DNA of 32,000 nucleotides from Candidatus Methylomirabilis oxygeniifera (GTDB lineage Bacteria; Methylomirabilota; Methylomirabilia; Methylomirabilales; Methylomirabilaceae), in contig FP565575.1 of assembly GCA_000091165.1 (NCBI GenBank), forward strand, positions 1,680,001-1,712,000. The letters are read 5' to 3'. The translations under genes were made by a program, and so were the position numbers. Below, in pieces: positions 9,212-18,522 of this stretch; the first letter of the stretch is position 1, and each line of letters opens with the position of its first letter. Under the pieces are notes generated by a model. That model saw only the letters and a list, made by a program, of their open reading frames with translations. It was not told where the DNA came from and searched no databases.

Positions 9212-9550
9212 ATGAGGCGAAGGATTGCAGCAGCAGCGTTATTCCTGGGGGTGGTGACTTTCGTAGGAACTGGTATCTCCTGGGCAGCAAAGTCGCATAT
9301 GGTTGAGGCGACCGAGCACACCCAGGCAGCCGCCGAGCACGGCAAAGCGGGGCATGCCGATGTAGCAGCGACACACGCGACGGCGGCCCTGCAACATGCC
9401 GAGGCCGCTCAGAAGGAGAAGGCCGACCCCCATAAGGAAGCGGCCATCAAGGGATTGAAGGAGGCCGTTGAGCACGGCAAGGCTGGACACGCCGATGTCG
9501 CCGGCAAGGCCGCTGCAGGGGCACTCGAACACCTCAAAGCGGTAAAGTAA
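9212..9550 (+). CDS. SmbP-like small metal-binding protein
   Basis: RBS GGAGGAAG; signal peptide; helical His-rich repeats EHTQAAAEHGKAGHADVAATHATAALQHAEAAQ...EHGKAGHADVAGKAAAGALEHLKAVK. Confidence 0.8.
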   Translation: MRRRIAAAALFLGVVTFVGTGISWAAKSHMVEATEHTQAAAEHGKAGHADVAATHATAALQHAEAAQKEKADPHKEAAIKGLKEAVEHGKAGHADVAGKAAAGALEHLKAVK

Positions 9551-9574
9551 GAACGCCTCTCTACTTAACGAATG

Positions 9575-9614
9575 AAGACAATAGGCAGGAAGATTTTTTC
9601 CTGCCTATTGTCTT
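9575..9614. terminator. Bidirectional terminator between the smbP-like gene (+) and metH (-)
   Basis: Perfect 17-bp inverted repeat AAGACAATAGGCAGGAA - GATTTT - TTCCTGCCTATTGTCTT between convergent genes. Confidence 0.88.
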
Positions 9615-9645
9615 TCTTGATCCTTCAGCCTACACACCTGAATCG

Positions 9646-12600
9646 TTACGTATCCACATCATAATTCAGATTCGCTGCAAGCCACCGCTCCACCGTCCGC
9701 ACATCCATCCGCTTGCGCTGGGCATAGTCCAGCACCTGATCCCGTCCGATCTTACCAACCGCAAAATAGGTCGCCTCGCGGTGGGCAAAGTAGAGCCCGC
9801 TCACCGAGCTGGTCGGAACCATCGCGCAACTATCCGTCAGGCGAATACCGGCGTTGCGCTCCACCTGAAGAAGATCGAAGAGCGTACGTTTCTCGGAGTG
9901 ATCCGGACAGGCCGGATAGCCGGGAGCGGGACGGATCCCGCGATACCGCTCTCGGATCAGATCCTCATTGGTAAGCTGTTCTCCGACTCCATACCCCCAC
10001 TCTGCTCGAACTCGGCGATGCAGGCATTCCGCGAAGGCCTCCGCCAGGCGATCGGCTAACGCTTTGGCCAGAATAGAGGTATAGTCATCATGGGAGGCTT
10101 CATATTGCGCGCAGAGGGCATCGAGGCCATGGCCGGTTGTCACGGCAAACGCTCCGAGATAGTCCGGACGTCCGGGTAATCTGGGCGCGATAAAATCGGC
10201 CAGCGCCAGGTTACATTGCCCCTCAGCTTTAGGCAGTTGCTGGCGAAGCGTATGAAATGTTGCCAGCACCTGCGACCGCGAATCGTCGGTATAGAGTTCG
10301 ATATCGTCGTCCACGCTGTTCGCCGGGAAGAACCCATAGACCGCCCTGGCAATAAGACGCCGATCACGGACGATCTGCTCCAGCAGATGTTGGCCATCAT
10401 CGAACAGTTCCCTGGCCTTGGGCTTCTGCAAGATCTCAGGGTACCGGCCCCGCATCTCCCACGCATGAAAGAATGGGGTCCAATCGATATACGGTACAAT
10501 CTGGTCGAGTGGAAACTCGTCCAGCATGCGGATGCCGATAGAAGATGGCGTGGGAATGTCCGCCGCGCGCCAATCAAGAAGGAGTTTCCGATCGCGCGCC
10601 TGGGTAAGCGTCAGCAGCGCTCTCGGTTCGCGGTCCTCATACGCCTGCCGCACCCGCTCCTGGTCCAGTCGATTATTTTCGATGAACGCCGATCGCTGGT
10701 CCCGGCTTGAGAGATGGCCGGCAACCACTACAGCCCGCGAGGCATCCGCGACGTGGACCACCGGCTGGTCATACAGCGGGGCGATCTTGACAGCCGTGTG
10801 GGTTCGGCTGGTGGTGGCACCGCCGATGAGGAGCGGAATCTTCAGCCCTTCCCGCATCATCTCCCGCGCGACGTGCATCATTTCGTTAAGCGACGGCGTA
10901 ATCAGCCCGCTCAGTCCGATCATGTCCACCTGCTGTTCTCGGGCGGTCTTGAGGATCGTGTCGCACGGCGCCATCACCCCCAGATCGATGACCTCATAGT
11001 CATTACATCCGAGCACGACCCCGACAATATTCTTGCCAATATCGTGTACGTCTCCCTTTACGGTCGCCATCAGGACCTTCCGCTGCGTGCGCTTACGGTC
11101 GGATGTCAGGCGCTCGACTTCAATAAAGGGGAGAAGGTAGGCCACTGCCTTCTTCATAACGCGGGCGGTTTTGACTACCTGCGGCAGAAACATCTTCCCG
11201 GAGCCGAACAGCTCCCCAACGAGGTTCATGCCGGCCATTAACGGACCCTCAATGACCTGAAGCGGCCTGTCGTACCGCTGCCGCGCCTCTTCCACATCCG
11301 ACTCAATATAGTCGGTGATCCCCTTGACCAGCGCATGCGTAAGCCGTTCCTCAACCGATCCCTGTCGCCAAGCTTCATCCTTCACGACCGCTCGCTCCTG
11401 CGCTTTCATGGTCTTGGCAAACTCGACCAACCGATCGGTCGCATCGGGACGGCGGTTCAGCAGCACATCCTCAACTACTTCAAGTAAATCCTTAGTAATA
11501 TCAGCATAAACCGTTAATTGTCCGGCGTTGACAATTCCCATATCCAGACCAGCATGAACGGCATGATACAGAAATGCCGAGTGCATCGCCTCACGAACGG
11601 CATTGTTCCCGCGAAACGAGAACGACACATTACTGACACCACCACTGACCTTGCAGTACGGCAGGTTGGCTTTGATCCAACGGGTCGCCTCAATAAAATC
11701 AACCGCATAGCGGTTATGCTCCTCGAGCCCGGTCGCCACCGTCAGAATGTTCGGATCGAAGATGATGTCCTGCGGCGGCATTCCGACCGTCCCGGTCAGG
11801 ATCCGGTATGCGCGGGCGCAGATCTCGGTCTTACGCTCCAGCGTATCGGCCTGGCCACGCTCATCAAACGCCATGACCACGACCGCAGCCCCATACCGTT
11901 TGATGAGCCTGGCGCGTTGGATGAATGTCTCTTCGCCCTCTTTAAGGCTGATGGAGTTCACTACCGGCTTACCCTGGGCGCACTTCAGCCCCGCCTCGAT
12001 CACAGACCAGTCGGAGCTGTCGATCATGACGGGCACCCGAGCAATGTCGGGCTCGCAGGCAACCAGGTTCAGGAACTGGATCATCGCCGCTTTCGCGTCA
12101 AGCATGGCCTCATCCATGTTGACATCGATGATCTGGGCGCCGCCCTCGACCTGCTGCCGCGCAATGGACGCGGCCGCCTCGTACTCGCCGCTCCGAATGA
12201 GCTTGGCAAATGCCGCGGATCCGGCGATATTGGTCCGCTCCCCGATATTGACGAAACCCACCTCCGGACAAATCGTCACCGGCTCAAGGCCGCTTAATCG
12301 GGTATGCGGCTGAGGGTGAGGGGGAACGCGTGGCTGATACTCCCGCACCGCCTTCGCAATGGCTCGAATGTGATCCGGGGTGCTGCCGCAGCAGCCGCCG
12401 ACGATGTTCAGCCAGCCGCTCTTTGCAAAGTCGCCGAGGTCCGCAGCCATGATCGCCGGTGTTTCATCGAAGCCTCCGAACGCGTTGGGCAGGCCGGCGT
12501 TCGGATAGCAACTGAGAAAAACTGAAGCAATCTGAGCAAGCTCCTCAAGATACGGGCGCATCTGCTTTGCCCCGAAGGCGCAGTTGATCCCTACGCTGAA

Positions 12601-13329
12601 CAAGGGCATATGGGCGATGGAATTCCAAAAGGCTTCCACCGTTTGCCCAGACAGTGTGCGTCCGCTGCGATCCGCAATGGTTACCGAGACCATGATCGGC
12701 ACACGCCGGCCGACCTCCTCGAAATACTGATCGATGGCAAACAGCGCAGCCTTACAGTTCAGCGTATCGAAGACCGTCTCAACCAACAGCAGATCGACTC
12801 CGCCGTCCAGCAGGCCGCGCACTTGCTCGGTATAGGCAGCGACCAACCGATCGAAGGTCACGGCGCGGAAGGCAGGATTGTGGATATCGGAGGGCATCGA
12901 CGCTGTGCGATTCGTCGGACCGATCGACCCGGCCACGAAGCGCGGATGGTTCGGGTCCTTCGCCATCGTACTCTCAACGGCGCTACGCGCGGCTCGTGCA
13001 CCGGAGAGGTTCAGGTCATAAGCCAGCGATTCCAGCCGATAATCGGCCATCGAGATCGACGTGGAATTGAATGTGTTGGTCTCGATGATATCGGCCCCGG
13101 CGTCCAGATACTGGCAATGAATCGCCTCGATGATGGCCGGCTGCGTGATGGCCAGCAGATCATTGCACCCCTTGAGGTCGCAGGGGTGGTCGGCGAACTT
13201 TTGCCCACGGAAGTCTGCTTCCGTAAGGTTGTGCATTTGAATCATTGTGCCCATCGCGCCGTCAAGAATGACGATGCGATGCCGCAACATCTGTTCAAGT
13301 TCAGCGAATCGACCGAACGTGTCAGTCAT
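9646..13329 (-). CDS. metH: Cobalamin-dependent methionine synthase
   Basis: 1227-aa ORF with [45 protein letters not shown] (B12-binding DxHxxG) and a C-terminal activation domain ([21 protein letters not shown]). Confidence 0.98.
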   Translation of the reverse strand: MTDTFGRFAELEQMLRHRIVILDGAMGTMIQMHNLTEADFRGQKFADHPCDLKGCNDLLAITQPAIIEAIHCQYLDAGADIIETNTFNSTSISMADYRLESLAYDLNLSGARAARSAVESTMAKDPNHPRFVAGSIGPTNRTASMPSDIHNPAFRAVTFDRLVAAYTEQVRGLLDGGVDLLLVETVFDTLNCKAALFAIDQYFEEVGRRVPIMVSVTIADRSGRTLSGQTVEAFWNSIAHMPLFSVGINCAFGAKQMRPYLEELAQIASVFLSCYPNAGLPNAFGGFDETPAIMAADLGDFAKSGWLNIVGGCCGSTPDHIRAIAKAVREYQPRVPPHPQPHTRLSGLEPVTICPEVGFVNIGERTNIAGSAAFAKLIRSGEYEAAASIARQQVEGGAQIIDVNMDEAMLDAKAAMIQFLNLVACEPDIARVPVMIDSSDWSVIEAGLKCAQGKPVVNSISLKEGEETFIQRARLIKRYGAAVVVMAFDERGQADTLERKTEICARAYRILTGTVGMPPQDIIFDPNILTVATGLEEHNRYAVDFIEATRWIKANLPYCKVSGGVSNVSFSFRGNNAVREAMHSAFLYHAVHAGLDMGIVNAGQLTVYADITKDLLEVVEDVLLNRRPDATDRLVEFAKTMKAQERAVVKDEAWRQGSVEERLTHALVKGITDYIESDVEEARQRYDRPLQVIEGPLMAGMNLVGELFGSGKMFLPQVVKTARVMKKAVAYLLPFIEVERLTSDRKRTQRKVLMATVKGDVHDIGKNIVGVVLGCNDYEVIDLGVMAPCDTILKTAREQQVDMIGLSGLITPSLNEMMHVAREMMREGLKIPLLIGGATTSRTHTAVKIAPLYDQPVVHVADASRAVVVAGHLSSRDQRSAFIENNRLDQERVRQAYEDREPRALLTLTQARDRKLLLDWRAADIPTPSSIGIRMLDEFPLDQIVPYIDWTPFFHAWEMRGRYPEILQKPKARELFDDGQHLLEQIVRDRRLIARAVYGFFPANSVDDDIELYTDDSRSQVLATFHTLRQQLPKAEGQCNLALADFIAPRLPGRPDYLGAFAVTTGHGLDALCAQYEASHDDYTSILAKALADRLAEAFAECLHRRVRAEWGYGVGEQLTNEDLIRERYRGIRPAPGYPACPDHSEKRTLFDLLQVERNAGIRLTDSCAMVPTSSVSGLYFAHREATYFAVGKIGRDQVLDYAQRKRMDVRTVERWLAANLNYDVDT

Positions 13330-13350
13330 CTCTATCCCGCACCTGCGAAT

Positions 13351-13417
13351 TCGTCATTCCGGGCTTGACCCGGAATCCAGTCTTTCTGCGCTGGATTCCC
13401 GCCTGCGCGGGAATGAC
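13351..13417. repeat. REP-like composite palindromic element
   Basis: TCGTCATTCCGGGCTTGACCCGGAATCCAG...CTGGATTCCCGCCTGCGCGGGAATGAC: two small hairpins nested inside an outer inverted repeat (GTCATTCC/GGAATGAC) and an inner one (GGAATCCAG/CTGGATTCC). Confidence 0.75.
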
Positions 13418-13786
13418 ATGGTGTCACTTTACTATTACACTCCTTCGTAACACCCGCTCAACCCCCTGAGACACATCCCACCCACAACGGCCCCCTGCCC
13501 ATACGGCCGGCTGTGCTCACTATACTGGATTCTCCAAGCCCTCGCAAGATAAGCTCTTAGACGCCGACCAAGCGGTCGGTCCGACCATCGCATGTTTCCA
13601 GCACCCGTATGCAACGTGCAGGCGACGACAAGCTAATGAACACAGTCTGGTCGATCGGTATTTTCTATTTGCCTCATCGGGCATAATCGATTAGTGTTTA
13701 GGCGCTTCGAGGTGCATGGGTCGATCGCCAGTATTACCGACCGACCCATCACCCACCAGTCCTACGAATAATCTGGAGGAGTTGTC

Positions 13787-15298
13787 ATGAACATGACCCG
13801 ATTCGTTATCGCGTGCGTTGCCGTGATCCTCTTGAGTCTCCACACCTCGGCGTGGGCCGACAAACTCATAGAGCTTGAGCAGACCTTCCAGGCGCAGCAG
13901 CAGTCGTTGCAGCAGTTGCAGCAGGAGATGCACCGACTGCGGCAAGAGCGGTTCGCACAACAGGACGAGGTAACCAGGCGTGTGATGGAGGTAGAGCAGA
14001 AGGCCGCCGAGGTCGCGGCATCGTCTATGCTCACCGGGTATGAGCCGGTACCAGGGAAGGGATTCTTCATGAGGTCGGCCGATGGCCAATTTGAACTGAG
14101 GGTGCGCGGGTTCATCCAGACTTGGATGCAAGTTGAAGGGGCGCGAAACGAAGAAGATTTCCCGGGTGTCGTCGACGGTCAGGATCTCACGAAGGCGGGA
14201 CTGGCGCGGCACGACCCGAGCACATTCCGACTCCGCCGCACCCGAATCATCATAAGCGGCCAGATCTATAAGGACTTCGGCTTTCTTATCGAGCCTGAGT
14301 TTACCGGTTCTACGCGGCTCGAGGAGACTTGGCTCAATTACACCTACGCCCCCTGGGCGAAGGTGACCGTGGGACAGTACAAGGCCCGATTCGGTCTTGA
14401 GATGCTCACCTCCTCTCGGGACCTGGACTTTGCTGAGCGGGCAGTCATCTCCAAGGCGCTTTCCCCGGAATATCAGATCGGCGCCACCGTCGAGGGCAAT
14501 CTGAAGCTCGCTACCCTGCCGGTCTACTACGGAGTAGGAATCTATAACGGCTGCGGCCGGGTCGATCAGTGTTCCGGCGGCATCGATAACGACGGCGATA
14601 AAGAGTTCACCGGTCGAGTGACCTTTTCGCCTCCGATGCCCTTCGGCAATCTCACTATCGGCCTGAATGCCGATCACCGTACCTTTCGAGTCGTGAGGGG
14701 GAAAGGCGCGGCCGATCCGGGCGGCGCTACGACACCGGTCGGTAGCGGCTCCCCGTTCCACCGCTTCAACCCGGTTGGTCCGACCGGCGTCAAGCTGGCC
14801 GGCAACGGCGAAGGCGGAACGCAGAACGGCTTCCTGATCAACGGCAACCGCGTGACCGGAGGCGGCGACATCGTCTTCGACATCTATCCGTTTATCATTA
14901 AAGGTGAGTACACCTACGCCTCCCAGGAGCGTGACGGATTAGGCGCCGGCAGCACGAATCTCGACAATCTCATCATGCAGGGTGGGTACGGATCGATCGG
15001 CTATTGGCTCTTCGGTAACAAGCTCAAGGGCCTTCAGGCCATCGGCCGCTATGAGCATGTGCGAATCGACGACAACAAGGGCAAATTTACTGCGCCGGTC
15101 ACAGTCGCCAATGAACGACCGATGGAGCTTCGTTCCGGCACCTTCGGTCTGAACTGGTTTATCAATTCCAACGTCCGTCTGCGGGGCAACTACATTCTCA
15201 CCGACCTCAGACCAGGCCGAAATGCCGTCGGGATGAGCAATAGCACGCACGGCGAAATTGCCCACCAAGGGATCGCTGAATTCCAAGTCCAGTTCTAA
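13787..15298 (+). CDS. OprP/OprO-family phosphate-selective-type porin with N-terminal coiled coil
   Basis: Signal peptide ending SAWA; coiled coil LIELEQTFQAQQQSLQQLQQEMHRLRQ; GFFMRSADGQFELRVRGFIQ, TFRLRRTRIIISGQIYKDFGFLIEPEF, VGQYKARFGLEMLTSS; C-terminal GIAEFQVQF. Confidence 0.85.
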   Translation: MNMTRFVIACVAVILLSLHTSAWADKLIELEQTFQAQQQSLQQLQQEMHRLRQERFAQQDEVTRRVMEVEQKAAEVAASSMLTGYEPVPGKGFFMRSADGQFELRVRGFIQTWMQVEGARNEEDFPGVVDGQDLTKAGLARHDPSTFRLRRTRIIISGQIYKDFGFLIEPEFTGSTRLEETWLNYTYAPWAKVTVGQYKARFGLEMLTSSRDLDFAERAVISKALSPEYQIGATVEGNLKLATLPVYYGVGIYNGCGRVDQCSGGIDNDGDKEFTGRVTFSPPMPFGNLTIGLNADHRTFRVVRGKGAADPGGATTPVGSGSPFHRFNPVGPTGVKLAGNGEGGTQNGFLINGNRVTGGGDIVFDIYPFIIKGEYTYASQERDGLGAGSTNLDNLIMQGGYGSIGYWLFGNKLKGLQAIGRYEHVRIDDNKGKFTAPVTVANERPMELRSGTFGLNWFINSNVRLRGNYILTDLRPGRNAVGMSNSTHGEIAHQGIAEFQVQF

Positions 15299-15810
15299 TC
15301 GGCAGCTATACATGGCAGGCTTCAGATGAAGCTCACCATGGTGTGTAAGCGGGGTCTCTCGCTTCTCCTGCGAACCATGCATCTGGTGGGCTTCGGCATC
15401 CTGCAGGGAGGGCATTTGGGCGCGCTCGACGCCGACCTTCCTCGTTCCACCAAAACCCTGCTGGAGGAATTCGGTCACGAAGCCATAGACGTTCGAGACA
15501 TCGGACTGAAGAGCGCCAAAGACCGGGTCATCTGAACCTGGAACTTTTCAAGGGCACTAAACTGACGTGCGATCTTCAAACCCCTGACCGGCTACCCTAG
15601 CCTTGGCTGTCTAACCGGAAGGGTACAATCCAGTTGCTCGCAGATTTCGACACAGGTGCTTTAAGTAATCATCACCTTGCCTCTGCGCTTAGTTATTTTT
15701 CGGTAATACACCTTCGCGACCATGCCGTCGCGCATGGCGATTCTACTCACCAACCGCTGCCCTAAAGAGAAAAAGGGGGCAGATCTATTGTTGTTCCCGA
15801 AGTCGGAACG

Positions 15811-16827
15811 CTAGGCTGCAAACTCGACTCCGCTGTTTCGCACCAACTGGTCGTCTGCCAGTGCCCACGTAGGCACGGCGAAGTTCGCAATTAGCGGTTG
15901 TCCGGAGAAGTGAATGCCCACCACTTTACCTGTTTCCACGTCAATCACCGCCGAACCGGAGTTTCCACCCAGTGTCGTGCAGTCATGTGCCAGTGCCTGG
16001 ACCGATCGCCCGAACGACTCCGCCTGTTGCACCCCCTTCAATCGCCCCGGTTGCAGACGCTTTTTGTCGAATACCCCCCGGAAGATCTGGATCTGCTGGA
16101 CAAGGTCCTCAGATGGGTCAAACGCTGGGTAGCCGATCACTGCCGCCATGCGATCCTCGATGCCCGCTGGTGCGGACGCGACCAGTGGCAACGGTGCCAC
16201 ATTTCCCGGCAGCGGCCCTATCTCCAACACCGCCATGTCCCACTCTTCTAGGATCAGCACCGGCGCAGTCACTTGGACTGCAACCGGCGCAGTCGAACCA
16301 ACTTCCTGCTTTAGATCCAGAGACGGAGTGATGCCAGGCGTAAACGACAACTGCACGCCGCTCCCCAAGCCCTGGGTGAAGAGTTGCGCCACGTGACGAT
16401 TCGTGATCAGGCGCCGCTCTCCACATACGAACGCTGTCCCTGCGTACGTTAGCTTCGGATGACCGGTCAGGTCCAGCCGTCCGATGCCCCGGATAAGGGG
16501 ATCTATCATCGCCCGTCGGTCATTGAGGTCCTGCCACAGCGAAGGAAGCACGCCAAAGGAGTCCCCCTGAATGTCAAACGCCGGCCGCAATCCGTTGCCT
16601 AGGATGATGCTTTCCAAATGGACTAGGTCCCGCTGGTCCAAGGACTCATCCCGCGCGAACCGCCGCCAGGAGTCGATCGCTTCCGGCGTTACTGTCGGGG
16701 GGCGGATCCCAGCCGACTCTAGCCTGAAAGCGGAGGCCGCCACCTCTTCCAGGTGTTCCGTCTTTACTCCGTCGCTATGTTGGATTTCCCGCAATCGGCG
16801 CAGCAGTAGTTGTTCGCGTTTAGTCAT
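15811..16827 (-). CDS. Trypsin-like serine protease with N-terminal accessory region, no obvious signal peptide
   Basis: Catalytic triad candidates in TNRHVAQ (His), EEWDMAVLE (Asp) and LGGNSGSAVID (Ser). N-terminal RRLREIQHSDGVKTEHLEEVAASAFRL. GGGAG upstream supports ATG 16827 rather than the longer ORF to 16893. Confidence 0.8.
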   Translation of the reverse strand: MTKREQLLLRRLREIQHSDGVKTEHLEEVAASAFRLESAGIRPPTVTPEAIDSWRRFARDESLDQRDLVHLESIILGNGLRPAFDIQGDSFGVLPSLWQDLNDRRAMIDPLIRGIGRLDLTGHPKLTYAGTAFVCGERRLITNRHVAQLFTQGLGSGVQLSFTPGITPSLDLKQEVGSTAPVAVQVTAPVLILEEWDMAVLEIGPLPGNVAPLPLVASAPAGIEDRMAAVIGYPAFDPSEDLVQQIQIFRGVFDKKRLQPGRLKGVQQAESFGRSVQALAHDCTTLGGNSGSAVIDVETGKVVGIHFSGQPLIANFAVPTWALADDQLVRNSGVEFAA

Positions 16828-16934
16828 TTTTTGATTGACTCCCTGTGCTCTACGACTATTATTTGTCATATTTAATTGTTTTTCGCAAATCAAAAAGAGC
16901 TATCTTTCTGAAATCGAATCAAGGAAGGGACTCT

Positions 16935-18356
16935 ATGGTCCGAGCAACTTTACTGGCATGCAGCCTCGCGGTGACAGGCGCACTCCTGTTGGGAGGACTC
17001 ATTCCGATGACATCCGCACAGAATCCAACTTTGGGTGAAACTCCACAGTCCACACCGAACTGGGAAACAATTAAGAAGGATGCCGATGCCGAGAAAGCCG
17101 CGCTGGACGCAAAGAGGCAGCTTCTCGATGCGCGAAGAGCGCTGGAAGCCGCTGAAGCGCCTCCAGACCAGACAAAGAAGGCGATGGACAACCAACTTGC
17201 CGCTTCCAAGGCTGCCAAGGATCTCGCCGATGCCGAGAAAGCCGCCGCAGACGCCCGTAAGGCCAAGGCGGATGCCACCCTCGCGGCCTTCAAAGCAAAC
17301 ATGGGTGAAGTGCCGGCATCCGGGTATACGGGTGACGTGACCCTGAAGGAGAAGACTGGCATAATCGAGACCGCTCTCCTCGCCGCCAAGGCTGTGAAGA
17401 CGGCAGCTCAACGCATCGTCGACGTACTCCCGCAGCAACCCGCCAAGAGGATCGTTGTATTGTACGCTGCCGCCGAGGTTCCGAATTTCCAGGCGCTGAT
17501 TATGTTCCGGGCTCAGATCGCTTTGGCGAACAAAGGGTTTGCCGACGCCCAGAAAGCATCCAACGATGCCGACCGAAAAGCCGTACCGCCCGACTTTAAG
17601 CTAGAGTTCGTCCCCCCCGCGGCTGCGGCAGGTCTTACCCTTGAAGCCGCGAATAAGTTGCTCGCCTTTTTCCGGACCGACTACACTGTTGGCGGAGTCG
17701 ATCTCACATCAGAAGACTCACTGCTCGTCCATGCACTGGCCGGACTCATCGCCGGTTCCAACAAGAATCTTGACGTACAACTCCCCGCCGTCTACAGTCC
17801 GGGCGCTTTGTCCGATGCCGGTTCCGGAATTCTGAACGACCTCACCACCCTGTCTCTGCTGAAGACGGGCGCTCAGGATAAGGCCAACCGCCACGATAAG
17901 TTCTCTGCTCGCTTCACGGAGGACGCTGGGAAGGAAGTGGACCCGGAAAAGAAGGCCGCCTTGCTGGATAAAGCCAAAACTCACAAGGCCGCCGCCGACA
18001 CCTGGAAAGCCGCCATCGGCTTGTACGATAGCTTCTTCAGCAAGCTCACCACCGTCGACGATAAAGGCGTGGCCCCGCTCGCCAATGTCATTCGCGATGG
18101 CGTCGTCGCTGACGTGCTGCTAAAGGACAATCTTCTCTTACTCGTGAAACTCCAGAAATTCGGCGGGGCGTACTATACTAAGAAAAATATGTTGACTCTC
18201 TTTGGAGGCATGCCCTTCTTCCACATGGGCGGCGTCGTTGCAAGCTTTGTCCTCCTGGATGGGAAAGCCGGAACCGTACAGGGGTCCGGCGTCATACCCG
18301 TGCACGGCGGTTTCGTGAAAGCCAGCGATCTGCCGCAGCAGATAAACGAGGATTGA
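16935..18356 (+). CDS. Secreted or envelope coiled-coil protein of unknown function
   Basis: ATG 16935 with AAGGAAGGGA upstream; signal peptide MVRATLLACSLAVTGALLLGGLIPMTSAQ; Ala/Lys/Asp-rich coiled coil; C-terminal conserved-looking domain (FFRTDYTVGGVDLTSEDSLLVHALAGLI...). Confidence 0.7.
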   Translation: MVRATLLACSLAVTGALLLGGLIPMTSAQNPTLGETPQSTPNWETIKKDADAEKAALDAKRQLLDARRALEAAEAPPDQTKKAMDNQLAASKAAKDLADAEKAAADARKAKADATLAAFKANMGEVPASGYTGDVTLKEKTGIIETALLAAKAVKTAAQRIVDVLPQQPAKRIVVLYAAAEVPNFQALIMFRAQIALANKGFADAQKASNDADRKAVPPDFKLEFVPPAAAAGLTLEAANKLLAFFRTDYTVGGVDLTSEDSLLVHALAGLIAGSNKNLDVQLPAVYSPGALSDAGSGILNDLTTLSLLKTGAQDKANRHDKFSARFTEDAGKEVDPEKKAALLDKAKTHKAAADTWKAAIGLYDSFFSKLTTVDDKGVAPLANVIRDGVVADVLLKDNLLLLVKLQKFGGAYYTKKNMLTLFGGMPFFHMGGVVASFVLLDGKAGTVQGSGVIPVHGGFVKASDLPQQINED

Positions 18357-18522
18357 CGACCAGCCTATCGGGCTGCTCTTCTGGCTCGGTCCGGGCGTGA
18401 GTGTGCCTCGCTTGTGCGGTATAAACTTGAGTGGACGGACCGATAAAAACGCTACAAGAAATTGAAAAGGCGGCAGATTTCGTATGTGGACTACGATCTG
18501 CTAGTCGGGAAACCACTACTTG

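Noticed and set aside
11518-12297. 259-aa plus-strand ORF and neighbouring plus ORFs over metH
   Set aside because: Entirely within metH on the opposite strand; no domain signal.
13330-13700. Possible cobalamin or SAM riboswitch upstream of metH
   Set aside because: No B12-box or SAM-I-like core found by eye; the structure seen is the palindromic repeat. An Infernal/Rfam scan would be decisive.
13691-14761. 356-aa minus-strand ORF
   Set aside because: Antisense to the porin gene with clear signal peptide and family motifs on the plus strand; a GC-rich shadow ORF.
15326-15535. 69-aa plus ORF after the porin gene, and an antisense counterpart 14939..15478
   Set aside because: No supporting motif or RBS; likely noncoding.
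15600-15740. Short minus-strand frame RIAMRDGMVAKVYYRKITKRRGKVMIT, considered as a transposase remnant
   Set aside because: Only about 30 codons and no terminal inverted repeats or further domain; too weak to call.
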